In this document: positions 53,045 to 62,034 of the stretch, piece after piece | Layout: each line of letters begins with the position of its first letter | Position numbering within the stretch: position 1 is the first letter of the stretch | Source of the DNA: an uncultured Pelagibacteraceae bacterium | GTDB lineage: Bacteria; Pseudomonadota; Alphaproteobacteria; Pelagibacterales; Pelagibacteraceae | Direction: 5' to 3' | Length of the DNA stretch: 64,000 nt | NCBI GenBank assembly: GCA_902564265.1 | Contig: CACFAI010000005.1 | Location: forward strand, 404 to 64,403 | The notes under the pieces: model-generated | The model's input: the letters and a program-made list of their open reading frames with translations, nothing else | The model's database searches: none | What the model was told of the DNA's origin: nothing | Position numbers and translations under genes: made by a program

Positions 53045-53487
53045 ATGTGAGGATCGTATGCCCATTGTAAAATGGCTTGCCTTTGTCTTCTTCTGCAAAT
53101 TAAATTTCCTTTCTCACAATTTTTTTCAATAGCGGTTACATGCCTTCGAAAATTTTTCCATCTTTTAATTTGAGTTATGTCTACCTTTGGTATTCTTCTG
53201 CCCATTGAGAATCTACAATACCATTGGAACCAACCTAATGGATCTTCCTTGAATATCCATCCTTTCTCAATCCAATGTTCTCTGGAAAGTCCAGCTTTCA
53301 CTTTAAATCTATTTAAATTAACATCAAAAGTCTTACTTATTTTAGCTTTTACAAACCAACTTTTTGGATACTCTTTAATGTTATTTCCAAAGTAAGATCC
53401 ACCAAAAACTCCCAACTCAAGCATTTTTTTTGGAGAAAGTTCCGGTTTAAATAATCTATAAATTTCTGTGTCACTTATTTTTTTCAT
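53041..53487 (-). CDS. Conserved hypothetical Trp/Arg-rich protein
   Basis: GVFGGSYF, DPLGWFQWYCRF..GRR, QIKRW, RQAILQWAYD; follows dpaL after 4 bp. Confidence 0.75.
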   Translation of the reverse strand: MKKISDTEIYRLFKPELSPKKMLELGVFGGSYFGNNIKEYPKSWFVKAKISKTFDVNLNRFKVKAGLSREHWIEKGWIFKEDPLGWFQWYCRFSMGRRIPKVDITQIKRWKNFRRHVTAIEKNCEKGNLICRRRQRQAILQWAYDPHI

Positions 53488-53491
53488 AAAA

Positions 53492-54628
53492 TTAAATCAA
53501 TTTTTTTCCTTCACTTAATAACTTCTGGTAAAGCTCTATATCCGCAGATCCCTCACAACCTATCAATAATATATTTGAATTTTCATTTATTTCTAGAGCA
53601 CTCATTGTTTCATCATTGTTACAACATGAAATTAAACTTGTGATCCCAGGTGTTGAACATTCACCTCCCTCTATTGAAATATCACATACTACTTTATCTG
53701 CTAACATTGCTACAGTCTGTGAGACAAATTTATCTGAAACACTGACACAACTGTTTACAGAATTTTTTAGTATTTGCCATGGGACTAATGACACCTCTCC
53801 ACAAGACATGCCACCCATTATACTTTCTTTCTTAATATCTACACTTGTAGGAGTATTATTTTCAATACTTTGCATTACACAATTTGCATTTTCAGGTTCA
53901 ACAATAATAATTTTTGGTACCTTTTTGAAATAATTAGCTACACCAGCTACTAAACCTGCCGCCATACCACCGACACCAGCCTGTAAAAAAATATGTGTGA
54001 TATATTCATTGGTTTGAAATGAAATTTCTTTTATTATTGTTGAATATCCAGCCATTGTTAGTTTTGGGACGAGCTCATAATCTGGCCACGCTACATCTTG
54101 AATAATTTCCCAATTATTTTTTTTTGACTCTTCCTTGCAAAAATTAAGAGAATCTTCATAATTTCCTTTAACTCTGATTACTTCAGCATTCAAATTCCTC
54201 ATTTCTTCAGCTCTTGTTTCGCTTACATTCTCACTAATAAAAATTTTACAATTTAGTCCTAAATTTTTCGCTCCCCAAGCAACTGATTTTCCATGATTTC
54301 CTGCTGTAGCTGTTGAAACAATAACGTCTTTTTTTCCTTTAGTTATTTTTTCCACAGCATAAGCCCCACCTAGGGCTTTAAAAGATTTAAGACCAAATCT
54401 CTTTGATTCATCTTTATAAAATATATTTTTTAATTTTAATTCATTAGAAAGTTTGTTTAAACTTTCTAAAGGCGTAGGTTGATACTTTTGCCATTTTGAA
54501 ATCGTTTTATAGGCATCTGCTAATAAATCACTATTTAAGATTTTTAATATTTTTGAACGGTCAAATTCAAAATTTTCATTATTAATAAATTTTGTAAATT
54601 TTTGATTAAGGTATAGGTTTTTATGCAT
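53492..54628 (-). CDS. dpaL: Diaminopropionate ammonia-lyase (PLP fold II)
   Basis: KDES.RFGLKSFKALGG, TAGNHG, QDVAW, QAGVGG, MGGMSCGE. Confidence 0.88.
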   Translation of the reverse strand: MHKNLYLNQKFTKFINNENFEFDRSKILKILNSDLLADAYKTISKWQKYQPTPLESLNKLSNELKLKNIFYKDESKRFGLKSFKALGGAYAVEKITKGKKDVIVSTATAGNHGKSVAWGAKNLGLNCKIFISENVSETRAEEMRNLNAEVIRVKGNYEDSLNFCKEESKKNNWEIIQDVAWPDYELVPKLTMAGYSTIIKEISFQTNEYITHIFLQAGVGGMAAGLVAGVANYFKKVPKIIIVEPENANCVMQSIENNTPTSVDIKKESIMGGMSCGEVSLVPWQILKNSVNSCVSVSDKFVSQTVAMLADKVVCDISIEGGECSTPGITSLISCCNNDETMSALEINENSNILLIGCEGSADIELYQKLLSEGKKLI

Positions 54629-54707
54629 TTGTTAAAATAATAAGAAATTATAAGGTAACTCTAAGGCTAGACTAAATCAAATAATTAGTGCATAGAGATT
54701 ATTGTAT

Positions 54708-55724
54708 ATGACTAAAATTATTATAATTGGAGCCGGTGCAATGGGATCAGCTTTTACTATTCCTTGTATTGAAAATGGCAATGACGTCACCTTAATTGGG
54801 ACACACCTTGAAAATGATTTAATTGACGAAATTTCAAAATCACCACATCCAGCATTGAAAGTCACTTTACCCAATAAACTCAAAATTGAAAAATTTGAAG
54901 GAATTAAGGATCATTCGGATTCTGACTTGATTGTATGCGCAGTGAGCTCTCTTGGGGTTGATTGGTTTATTGATCAAATTTCTCGAATGGGAAATAAAAA
55001 ACTTAGTATAGTTTTATTAACTAAGGGTTTGAGTATCGAGAAAGGAAAATTAATAACCATTTCTTATAAAATTAAAAATGAACTTAAAAAAAATGGTTTC
55101 GATGATGTGGTCGTATCAGCAATAAAAGGACCTTGCCTTGCAGCTGGGTTAGCAAATAAGATGAGGACAGGTACAGTAATTGCCAGTGAAAATAAAGATA
55201 CAGCAAAATTAATACAGAAAATCATAACAACTGAATATTATTCGACAGAGACATCAGAAGATATAAAAGGAGTAGAATTTTGTGGTGCAATTAAAAATAT
55301 CTATTCTATGTTAATTGGAGCCTCAGAAGGTTTAAGCAACCCAAGCGCACCTGAAAGTGTAAAATCAAAATACTTTCTTAATACCTCAGCATCTTTAATT
55401 CATCGCTCAATTTCTGAGATGGTAAAATTTGTTAAATATTTTGGTGGTAATGAAACAACAGTTTATGGACTTGCAGGTTTGGGAGATTTATATGTAAGTG
55501 CAATAGGTGGGAGAAATAGTCAAATGGGGAAATATTTAGGGCAAGGAACTTTATATAAACATGCTAAAGAAAAATTTATGAAAGACATTACTGTTGAAGG
55601 TGCACAATTAGCACTTGAAATTGGTCCGATTCTTTTAAAGGAACTTAAAAAAAATGAATTTCCTTTAATGTTCAACATACTTGAGACTATCTGCAATAAT
55701 AAGAAATTAAGTATTAATTGGTAA
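54708..55724 (+). CDS. gpsA: NAD(P)H-dependent glycerol-3-phosphate dehydrogenase family protein
   Basis: GAGAMG, TKG, GP, GAIKN, GLAGLGDL, RN...G, VEG. Confidence 0.75.
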   Translation: MTKIIIIGAGAMGSAFTIPCIENGNDVTLIGTHLENDLIDEISKSPHPALKVTLPNKLKIEKFEGIKDHSDSDLIVCAVSSLGVDWFIDQISRMGNKKLSIVLLTKGLSIEKGKLITISYKIKNELKKNGFDDVVVSAIKGPCLAAGLANKMRTGTVIASENKDTAKLIQKIITTEYYSTETSEDIKGVEFCGAIKNIYSMLIGASEGLSNPSAPESVKSKYFLNTSASLIHRSISEMVKFVKYFGGNETTVYGLAGLGDLYVSAIGGRNSQMGKYLGQGTLYKHAKEKFMKDITVEGAQLALEIGPILLKELKKNEFPLMFNILETICNNKKLSINW

Positions 55725-55725
55725 A

Positions 55726-57414
55726 CTAAAAAAGTCCCTCAACCTCACCTTTTTTGTTTAGCTTAATACTATTAGCAGCAGGAACTTTGGGTAGACCAGG
55801 CATAGTCATAATTGATCCGCAAACAACTACAATAAATTCAGCTCCAGATGATAATCTCACTTCCCTTATTGGAATTTCATGATTTGATGGAGCTCCTTTT
55901 AACTTTGGATCTGTTGAAAAACTATATTGGGTTTTAGCTATACAAACAGGTAAACTTTTATAGCCGTTATTCTCAAAAACTTTTAGTTGTTCTTTTACAT
56001 CTTCATTTGCAGTAATTCCATTACCTCTATAAATTTCTTTAACGATTTTTTCAATTTTATCCCAAAGATTTAAATTATCTTCATACAATAGTTTAAAATT
56101 ATTTTTTTTTGAATCTTTACATGCTTTGACTACTTTCTTAGCTAGGTCAGTCGCACCTTTTCCTCCCATTGCCCAATGTTTACACTCACTAACCTGGACA
56201 TTCATATTTTTACAAAAATTAAGAACAACTTCTATCTCTTTTTTTGTATCCAAAGCAAAATGGTTAATTGCTACGATTGGTTCTAGTCCAAATTTTTTAA
56301 TATTTAAAATATGCCTTTCTAAATTTACTAAACCTTTTTTTAAAGCGTTGGTATCTTCTTTTTTAAGATTTTCTTTCTCTACACCTCCATGCATCTTTAA
56401 TGCTCTTATAGTTGCAACAATTACAACACAGCTAGGTTTTAATCCTGCTTTTCTACATTTAATATCTAAAAATTTTTCAGCACCAAGGTCTGCACCGAAC
56501 CCTGCTTCAGTAACAACATAGTCAGACAGCTTGAGTGCTGCTGTTGTAGCGATTACAGAATTACAGCCATGAGCAATATTAGCAAATGGACCTCCATGAA
56601 TAATAGCTGGGTTATGTTCCAAACTTTGAGTAACATTGGGTCTTATTGCTTCTTTTAAAAGAACAGTCATTGGTCCGTGAGCATTTAAATCTTTTGCAAA
56701 AATCGATTTACCTTCTTTATTATAGGCTACTGTTATGTTTCCAATTTTTTTTTCTAAGTCATTTAAGTCTTTAGCTAAGCAAAAAATAGCCATGACTTCC
56801 GATGCAACAGTTATGTCAAAGCCATCTATTCTTCTAAAATCTTTTGCAACACCGCTTGTATTGATGTCAATAAATCTAAGTGCACGATCGTTCATATCCA
56901 TCACTCTTTTCCAAACTATTTTTTTTTCATCAATATTAAGTTTGTTTCCCCAGTAAATATGGTTGTCAATCATTGCAGATAATAAATTGTGTGCTGATGT
57001 AATCGCATGAAAATCTCCAGTGAAATGAAGATTTATCTGTTCCATAGGAACAACTTGAGCATATCCACCACCAGCTGCCCCACCTTTCATACCAAATGAA
57101 GGTCCAAGACTGGGCTCCCTAAGACAAACAATAGATTTTTTTCCAATTTTATTTAGACCGTCATTTAATCCAACAGAGGTAGTTGTTTTACCTTCCCCGG
57201 CTGGCGTTGGAGTAATAGCTGTAACAAGTATAAGATGACCATCCTCTTTCTTTTTTAATTTATTTAGAAAATCAAAATTTATTTTTGCTATATGCCTTCC
57301 CATTGGACTGAAAGCACTTGGGTTATCAGGTACATTAATTTTTTTTAAAATTTTTGAAATTGGTTTGAGCTTACAACCTCTAGCTATTTCTATGTCAGAT
57401 TTAAATTTTTTCAT
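55726..57414 (-). CDS. fhs: Formate-tetrahydrofolate ligase
   Basis: [48 protein letters not shown]. Confidence 0.98.
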   Translation of the reverse strand: MKKFKSDIEIARGCKLKPISKILKKINVPDNPSAFSPMGRHIAKINFDFLNKLKKKEDGHLILVTAITPTPAGEGKTTTSVGLNDGLNKIGKKSIVCLREPSLGPSFGMKGGAAGGGYAQVVPMEQINLHFTGDFHAITSAHNLLSAMIDNHIYWGNKLNIDEKKIVWKRVMDMNDRALRFIDINTSGVAKDFRRIDGFDITVASEVMAIFCLAKDLNDLEKKIGNITVAYNKEGKSIFAKDLNAHGPMTVLLKEAIRPNVTQSLEHNPAIIHGGPFANIAHGCNSVIATTAALKLSDYVVTEAGFGADLGAEKFLDIKCRKAGLKPSCVVIVATIRALKMHGGVEKENLKKEDTNALKKGLVNLERHILNIKKFGLEPIVAINHFALDTKKEIEVVLNFCKNMNVQVSECKHWAMGGKGATDLAKKVVKACKDSKKNNFKLLYEDNLNLWDKIEKIVKEIYRGNGITANEDVKEQLKVFENNGYKSLPVCIAKTQYSFSTDPKLKGAPSNHEIPIREVRLSSGAEFIVVVCGSIMTMPGLPKVPAANSIKLNKKGEVEGLF

Positions 57415-57509
57415 TTAGGTCGTTTTTCTGCGTATTTATACTTTATTTGTTCACTTTGAAAGAAATAAATTACAATGGACATTTAATTATTTAATACATA
57501 TCTTGAAGC

Positions 57510-58619
57510 ATGAAAAAAAATTTCAGGTTTTTTGATAATAGACAAAAATATCTTCTTTTTGTAACCACTACCAATGAAAAAAACAAAATTGCAGATGCTT
57601 TAAAACCAATTGTTCAAAATTTAAAACCCAAAAACCCCGCACTAAAAATTTTTGATGCTGGAATGGGTGATGGATCCTTACTAATGAGTGTGATGAGGCA
57701 ATGTCATCAAAAAATGCCTAACATACCGCTACTTGTCTCTACAAAAGAAATAAGTATGGAAGATGTAAGACTAGGTCTAGAGAAGCTCCCTGATAGATTT
57801 GCTGAACATAAAAATACTGTTTTTGTTATCTCAAATTTGAATTATGTGGAGTCAACTTCTTTAAAATCAAGAAATATAAAAAAACAAAAAAAAATGAATT
57901 GGAAAGTTGTAAAGTTAAAGGGAAACTCATCTTTAGATTTTTCAAATCAATTAAGGAGACTAAATCAAGAATTTTTAGCTAAAAAATGGCAAGTTGAAAC
58001 AAATCCAAAAACAGGAACATCAACTTACAAAGAACCATCTGTAATTGTAATCTATAGGAAAGATCAAGAATTCGTGCTGCAAGATGTGATACCAAAAAAA
58101 AATAATGGGAAAACTGATTATGATTTAATTATTGCATCTCAACCTTATAGGTCAAGAGTTACTGCAGAAAAAAAGGTAAAATATGTGATTGAACCCATGA
58201 TCAAATCTTTAGCAAAAAAAGGGAAACTTGTTGTAGTTCATGCCTGTGGTGGGGATCCAGCAAACAAGATAGTGAAAAAAATATGGCCTAAAGAAAATCC
58301 ATTTCCATATTTATATTCGTCTATTGAAAAATATATTAAGTCAACTTCAGATAAGACTTTTTTAAAAACACTTAAGTTTCATAAAGTTAAAAAAATAAGC
58401 TACGTTTTGCGAGCTTTGCCTAATGAAATCAGTGGTGGAATAGCTACTTCATTAATATTTTCTGCCTGGAATGCCGCAGTCTACGTTAATCAAATATCAG
58501 ATGAACAAATAATGAGTGCAGAAAAACATAAGAATTATCAAAAGGTTGTCCAAAACGTTGTAAATAGATATAGAGGTTTACACTTTAAAAACGAATTATT
58601 TATAATAGAAAAAAAATAG
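57510..58619 (+). CDS. Conserved hypothetical protein with class I SAM-binding-like motif
   Basis: KIFDAGMGDG glycine loop; YDLIIASQPY. Confidence 0.65.
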   Translation: MKKNFRFFDNRQKYLLFVTTTNEKNKIADALKPIVQNLKPKNPALKIFDAGMGDGSLLMSVMRQCHQKMPNIPLLVSTKEISMEDVRLGLEKLPDRFAEHKNTVFVISNLNYVESTSLKSRNIKKQKKMNWKVVKLKGNSSLDFSNQLRRLNQEFLAKKWQVETNPKTGTSTYKEPSVIVIYRKDQEFVLQDVIPKKNNGKTDYDLIIASQPYRSRVTAEKKVKYVIEPMIKSLAKKGKLVVVHACGGDPANKIVKKIWPKENPFPYLYSSIEKYIKSTSDKTFLKTLKFHKVKKISYVLRALPNEISGGIATSLIFSAWNAAVYVNQISDEQIMSAEKHKNYQKVVQNVVNRYRGLHFKNELFIIEKK

Positions 58620-58729
58620 TTGTTTTTTTCAACCGCTGTTTGTAATTAAAACTTTTTTTGATACTCAAATTGATCACAAATTTAAATTTTAATTTGTTGT
58701 GAAAATTTTTATAAACTGTAAGAGAAGCA

Positions 58730-58939
58730 ATGTTTAAAAAAACATTATTTCTGATTGGTTTGATTTTAACGCTCACTGGTTGTTACCAATCAACTGCGTC
58801 GTTAATTGGCCCGACAATTACATTAGGCACATCTGGAAATATAGTTCAATCTGCTATTTCTTATTCCGTAAATGAGTCAGTTAAAAAAGCTACTGGAGAA
58901 TACCCAGCAGAACATATTAAAAAAAGATTTAAAAATTAA
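58730..58939 (+). CDS. Small lipoprotein
   Basis: Lipobox LTGC after a hydrophobic signal; 69 aa. Confidence 0.75.
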   Translation: MFKKTLFLIGLILTLTGCYQSTASLIGPTITLGTSGNIVQSAISYSVNESVKKATGEYPAEHIKKRFKN

Positions 58940-59397
58940 ACTTTTATTTTCATATAACATGAATTTGGATCATTCTTATAGTGACCAAAGGGATCACACT
59001 CTTCAAAGCCACAAGACATAAATAGTTTTCTTGCAGGATCAAAAAATTTTCCTGATCCAGTCTCAATAAAAATATTTTTTAATCCAATATTTCTAGATTT
59101 AGATAACAAAATAGAAATAATTTTTTTACCAAAACCTTTTTCTCTAAATTTATCATGCACTCTTATAGATTTGAACTCACCATGATTTTGACTGAGGACT
59201 TTTATTGCCCCACATCCAATGAGGTCTTCATTATCCCAAATACTCCAGAATTTTATTGTTTTATCTTTAAGTCCATCTATATCAAGGACATGAGTACTAC
59301 CCGCAGGGGAGACAGATCTTAATTCAATAAAGTGTTTTTTTAAAAGTTCATTTACTTTCAAATCATCGAAATTATTTTCAATAGCTTTCATTGGCAT
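58936..59397 (-). CDS. GNAT N-acetyltransferase (YsnE/YedL-like)
   Basis: SP..S.H.LD, GCGA, GEFKS.RV, R.KGFG, ETGS, F..Y..DPNS. Confidence 0.88.
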   Translation of the reverse strand: MPMKAIENNFDDLKVNELLKKHFIELRSVSPAGSTHVLDIDGLKDKTIKFWSIWDNEDLIGCGAIKVLSQNHGEFKSIRVHDKFREKGFGKKIISILLSKSRNIGLKNIFIETGSGKFFDPARKLFMSCGFEECDPFGHYKNDPNSCYMKIKV

Positions 59398-59715
59398 TTA
59401 TAAAATATCATCTAAATTTTTGAATTCTCCGATTTTAAAGATAATAGCTTCGTTATTATTAAAACCATATTTTTTTGCATTTTCTAAAAATCTTTTCCGT
59501 GGCTCCATTATAGGCTCTAATGATAAAACAAAAGTTCCCCAATGCATTCCAATAACTTTTTTACTGCCCAAATCTTTGGCGATCTGCAGTGCTTCTTCAG
59601 GATTTGTGTGATATATAGACTTTTCAAACATAGGTTTAAAATTATAAGCGCCAATATTAATAATAGTAAGATCAATTGGTCCAAATTTTTTACCTATTTC
59701 TTTATAAATATTTCC

Positions 59716-59746
59716 ATAACCAGTATCGCAAGCAAACAAAATTTTC
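59716..59746 (+). repeat. 31-bp exact inverted repeat, copy 1 (native KILFACDTGY coding segment)
   Basis: ATAACCAGTATCGCAAGCAAACAAAATTTTC is the reverse complement of 60293-60323. Confidence 0.95.
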
Positions 59747-60292
59747 TTATCTCTATATTCAATTAAAAAACTACCCCAAAGAGTTTTATTAGTATCTGTT
59801 AAACTTCTTTTTGACCAATGCACAGCAGGTAGCATGGTTATTTTTAAATCATTATTTTCTATAGTTTGATACCAGTCAATTTCGTTTACATCTTTATAAT
59901 TATTTTTTGTAAAATATTTTCCAAGTTTAAGAGGAACAATTACTTTTGCATCTTTGTAGGGAAATTTTCTAATCGTACCCATGTCTTGATGATCATAGTG
60001 ATTATGTGTCAGCAAAAATAAATCAATTTTTGGAATTTCATTTAAATTCAAAGCTGGCTCAACATATCTTTTAGGTCCAAAAATTAGCGGTCCTGCATTT
60101 TTCGAAAAAACTGGATCTGTTATAATAGTTGTTTTACCAAGTTTAATTAAAAAGGTTGCATGGCCAATCCAGCCAATATAATCACCATCTTGTTTCGAAG
60201 TTAAACTTTCTAAAACATCTTCTTTTTTCAAAACATGGTCCACTGGAACTGAAATATCTAATTTTTTCTTCTCTTTATTAAAGGTAGAGTAT

Positions 60293-60323
60293 GAAAATTT
60301 TGTTTGCTTGCGATACTGGTTAT
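60293..60323 (-). repeat. 31-bp exact inverted repeat, copy 2 (ectopic, at the frameshift)
   Basis: GAAAATTTTGTTTGCTTGCGATACTGGTTAT. Confidence 0.95.
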
Positions 60324-60438
60324 TGGCGAGCCTTCAGGGTTTCTAAAGGTATTGTCTGGCAAATGGTGATAGGGCTTTTTATCCATAGAATTTATATTCG
60401 AAAACATAAAACAACAGAAAACTAAAACTACAAGATTT

Positions 60439-61494
60439 TTAATCATTGATCTTATTGATTTCTGTAAAATGTCCCATTTTTCTTTTTTCTTTAATTTCCT
60501 TTTTTAAATAATCGAAAAAAAATTCGTTATCTTGAAATTTTTTTCCTTTATATTTGGTTATTTCATTACCTAGAATATTTGTCATCTTCGCATTGTAAAG
60601 TTTTAATGTTTTTACCTTTTTAAGACCACAAACTGCGCGAACATGGTTTTCGAACTGACTGATATTGTGTGAGTTGATTGTCATGTGACCAGAATTATGT
60701 ACTCTGGGTGCGATTTCATTTACTAACAAATTGTCTTTATCATCTATAAAAAATTCGACACATAAAGTTCCTACATAATCCAACTTTTCACTAATTTTTT
60801 TTGCATATTCAACAGATTGAGAAAAATGTTCTTTACTTATGCTGGCTGGAATTTTTGAGACTTTTAATATTTGGTCTTCATGTTTATTTTCAAATGGCTC
60901 ATAAATTTCGTATTCATTTTTTTTAAATCTTGTGACTATTACAGAGATTTCTTTTTTTAAACTAACCATTTTTTCTAATATATAGTCGCTATTTTTAGAA
61001 AGGCTAATATTTTCACAATCCTCAAGATTTTTTATTTTAAATTGCCCCTTTCCATCATAACCAAGAGTAGCTGTCTTCAACATCGCAGGTAAAAGATCAC
61101 CATTTGATATCAAATCATCTTTATTATTAATCTTTTTGTATTGTGTAGTTTTAATATTTTGATCATTTACAAAATTCTTCTCCAAAATTCTATTTTGAAT
61201 AATCTTATTTATTTGAGGTTTTGGCAAAACTTCTTTTATCGAATTAAGTTTATCCAAAATATCAAAAGGGATATTCTCAAATTCAAAAGTAATTTTATCT
61301 ACTTTTTTAGTGAAATAATTAATTTTTTCTTCATCGTTATAATTTGACAAAATAAATTCATCAGAAAATTCTTTTGCGGGAGACATTGGGTCATCGCTCC
61401 ATACAATTGTATAGACATCCAATTTTTTTGCTGCCATACAAAGCATACAACCTAATTGACCACCACCCAAAATACCAAGATTAGTTTTCTTCAT
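60439..61494 (-). CDS. purK: N5-carboxyaminoimidazole ribonucleotide synthase
   Basis: GGGQLG, TFEFEN, GYDGKGQ, NEIAPRVHNSGH, RKMGH. Confidence 0.97.
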   Translation of the reverse strand: MKKTNLGILGGGQLGCMLCMAAKKLDVYTIVWSDDPMSPAKEFSDEFILSNYNDEEKINYFTKKVDKITFEFENIPFDILDKLNSIKEVLPKPQINKIIQNRILEKNFVNDQNIKTTQYKKINNKDDLISNGDLLPAMLKTATLGYDGKGQFKIKNLEDCENISLSKNSDYILEKMVSLKKEISVIVTRFKKNEYEIYEPFENKHEDQILKVSKIPASISKEHFSQSVEYAKKISEKLDYVGTLCVEFFIDDKDNLLVNEIAPRVHNSGHMTINSHNISQFENHVRAVCGLKKVKTLKLYNAKMTNILGNEITKYKGKKFQDNEFFFDYLKKEIKEKRKMGHFTEINKIND

Positions 61495-61497
61495 TAG

Positions 61498-61986
61498 TTA
61501 TTTTGGTTTTTTTTTCACTGATTTTGTTTGTTTAATTCTTAATTTCAGCAAGGAATTTTTTATTTTTTTGTCAGTTATCCCAAGAATAGACGCGGCATAT
61601 AGTGCAGCATTAATTGCACCATCTTTTCCTATCGCAACAGTTCCAACAGGAATACCTTTTGGCATCTGAACTATTGATAATAAACTATCAAGACCTTTAA
61701 GTTTTTTACTTTCAACCGGGACCCCAATAACTGGGACAGTTGTTAAAGAGGCAATCATGCCAGGCAAATGTGCAGATCCACCAGCTCCAGCAATTATAAC
61801 TGAATAACTAGTCTCTGATTTTTTCGCAAACTCATAAAGTCTTTTTGGTGTTCTATGCGCTGATACAATTTTCAAATCAAAACTAATTTTTAAAATCTTT
61901 AAAATTTTAATGCAATCCTTCATAGTTGAATAATCCGATTGACTACCCATTACTATTGCTATTTTTTGATGTTTTTTAAGTTTCAT
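61498..61986 (-). CDS. purE: N5-CAIR mutase
   Basis: [33 protein letters not shown]. Confidence 0.98.
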   Translation of the reverse strand: MKLKKHQKIAIVMGSQSDYSTMKDCIKILKILKISFDLKIVSAHRTPKRLYEFAKKSETSYSVIIAGAGGSAHLPGMIASLTTVPVIGVPVESKKLKGLDSLLSIVQMPKGIPVGTVAIGKDGAINAALYAASILGITDKKIKNSLLKLRIKQTKSVKKKPK

Positions 61987-62034
61987 TTACATATTTATTA
62001 TCAGAAATATAACAAGTATTATATAACTAAACTT

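Larger units (their letters stand above)
59398..60446 (-). pseudogene. Exported MBL-fold hydrolase (NAPE-PLD/RomA-like), frameshifted near 60293-60323
   Basis: 5' ORF (signal peptide, PYHHLPD.TFRNPEGSP) and 3' ORF (WIGHAT, THNHYDH, HWSKR, DTGY, MHWGTF) are in different frames; the 3' frame stays open upstream through KFSYSTFNKEKKKLDISVPV. Confidence 0.8.

Noticed and set aside
58670-58705. TCACAA...TTGTGA dyad upstream of the small lipoprotein as an operator
   Set aside because: Short, AT-rich and imperfect; it matches no box I can name and cannot be told from chance
59747-60292. Recombinase-driven on/off invertible switch between the 31-bp repeats
   Set aside because: Neither orientation gives a full-length gene and no invertase is nearby; template switching or an artefact is simpler
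59716-60323. Diversity-generating retroelement template/variable repeat pair
   Set aside because: The repeat is short, inverted and exact, with no adenine-specific mismatches and no reverse transcriptase
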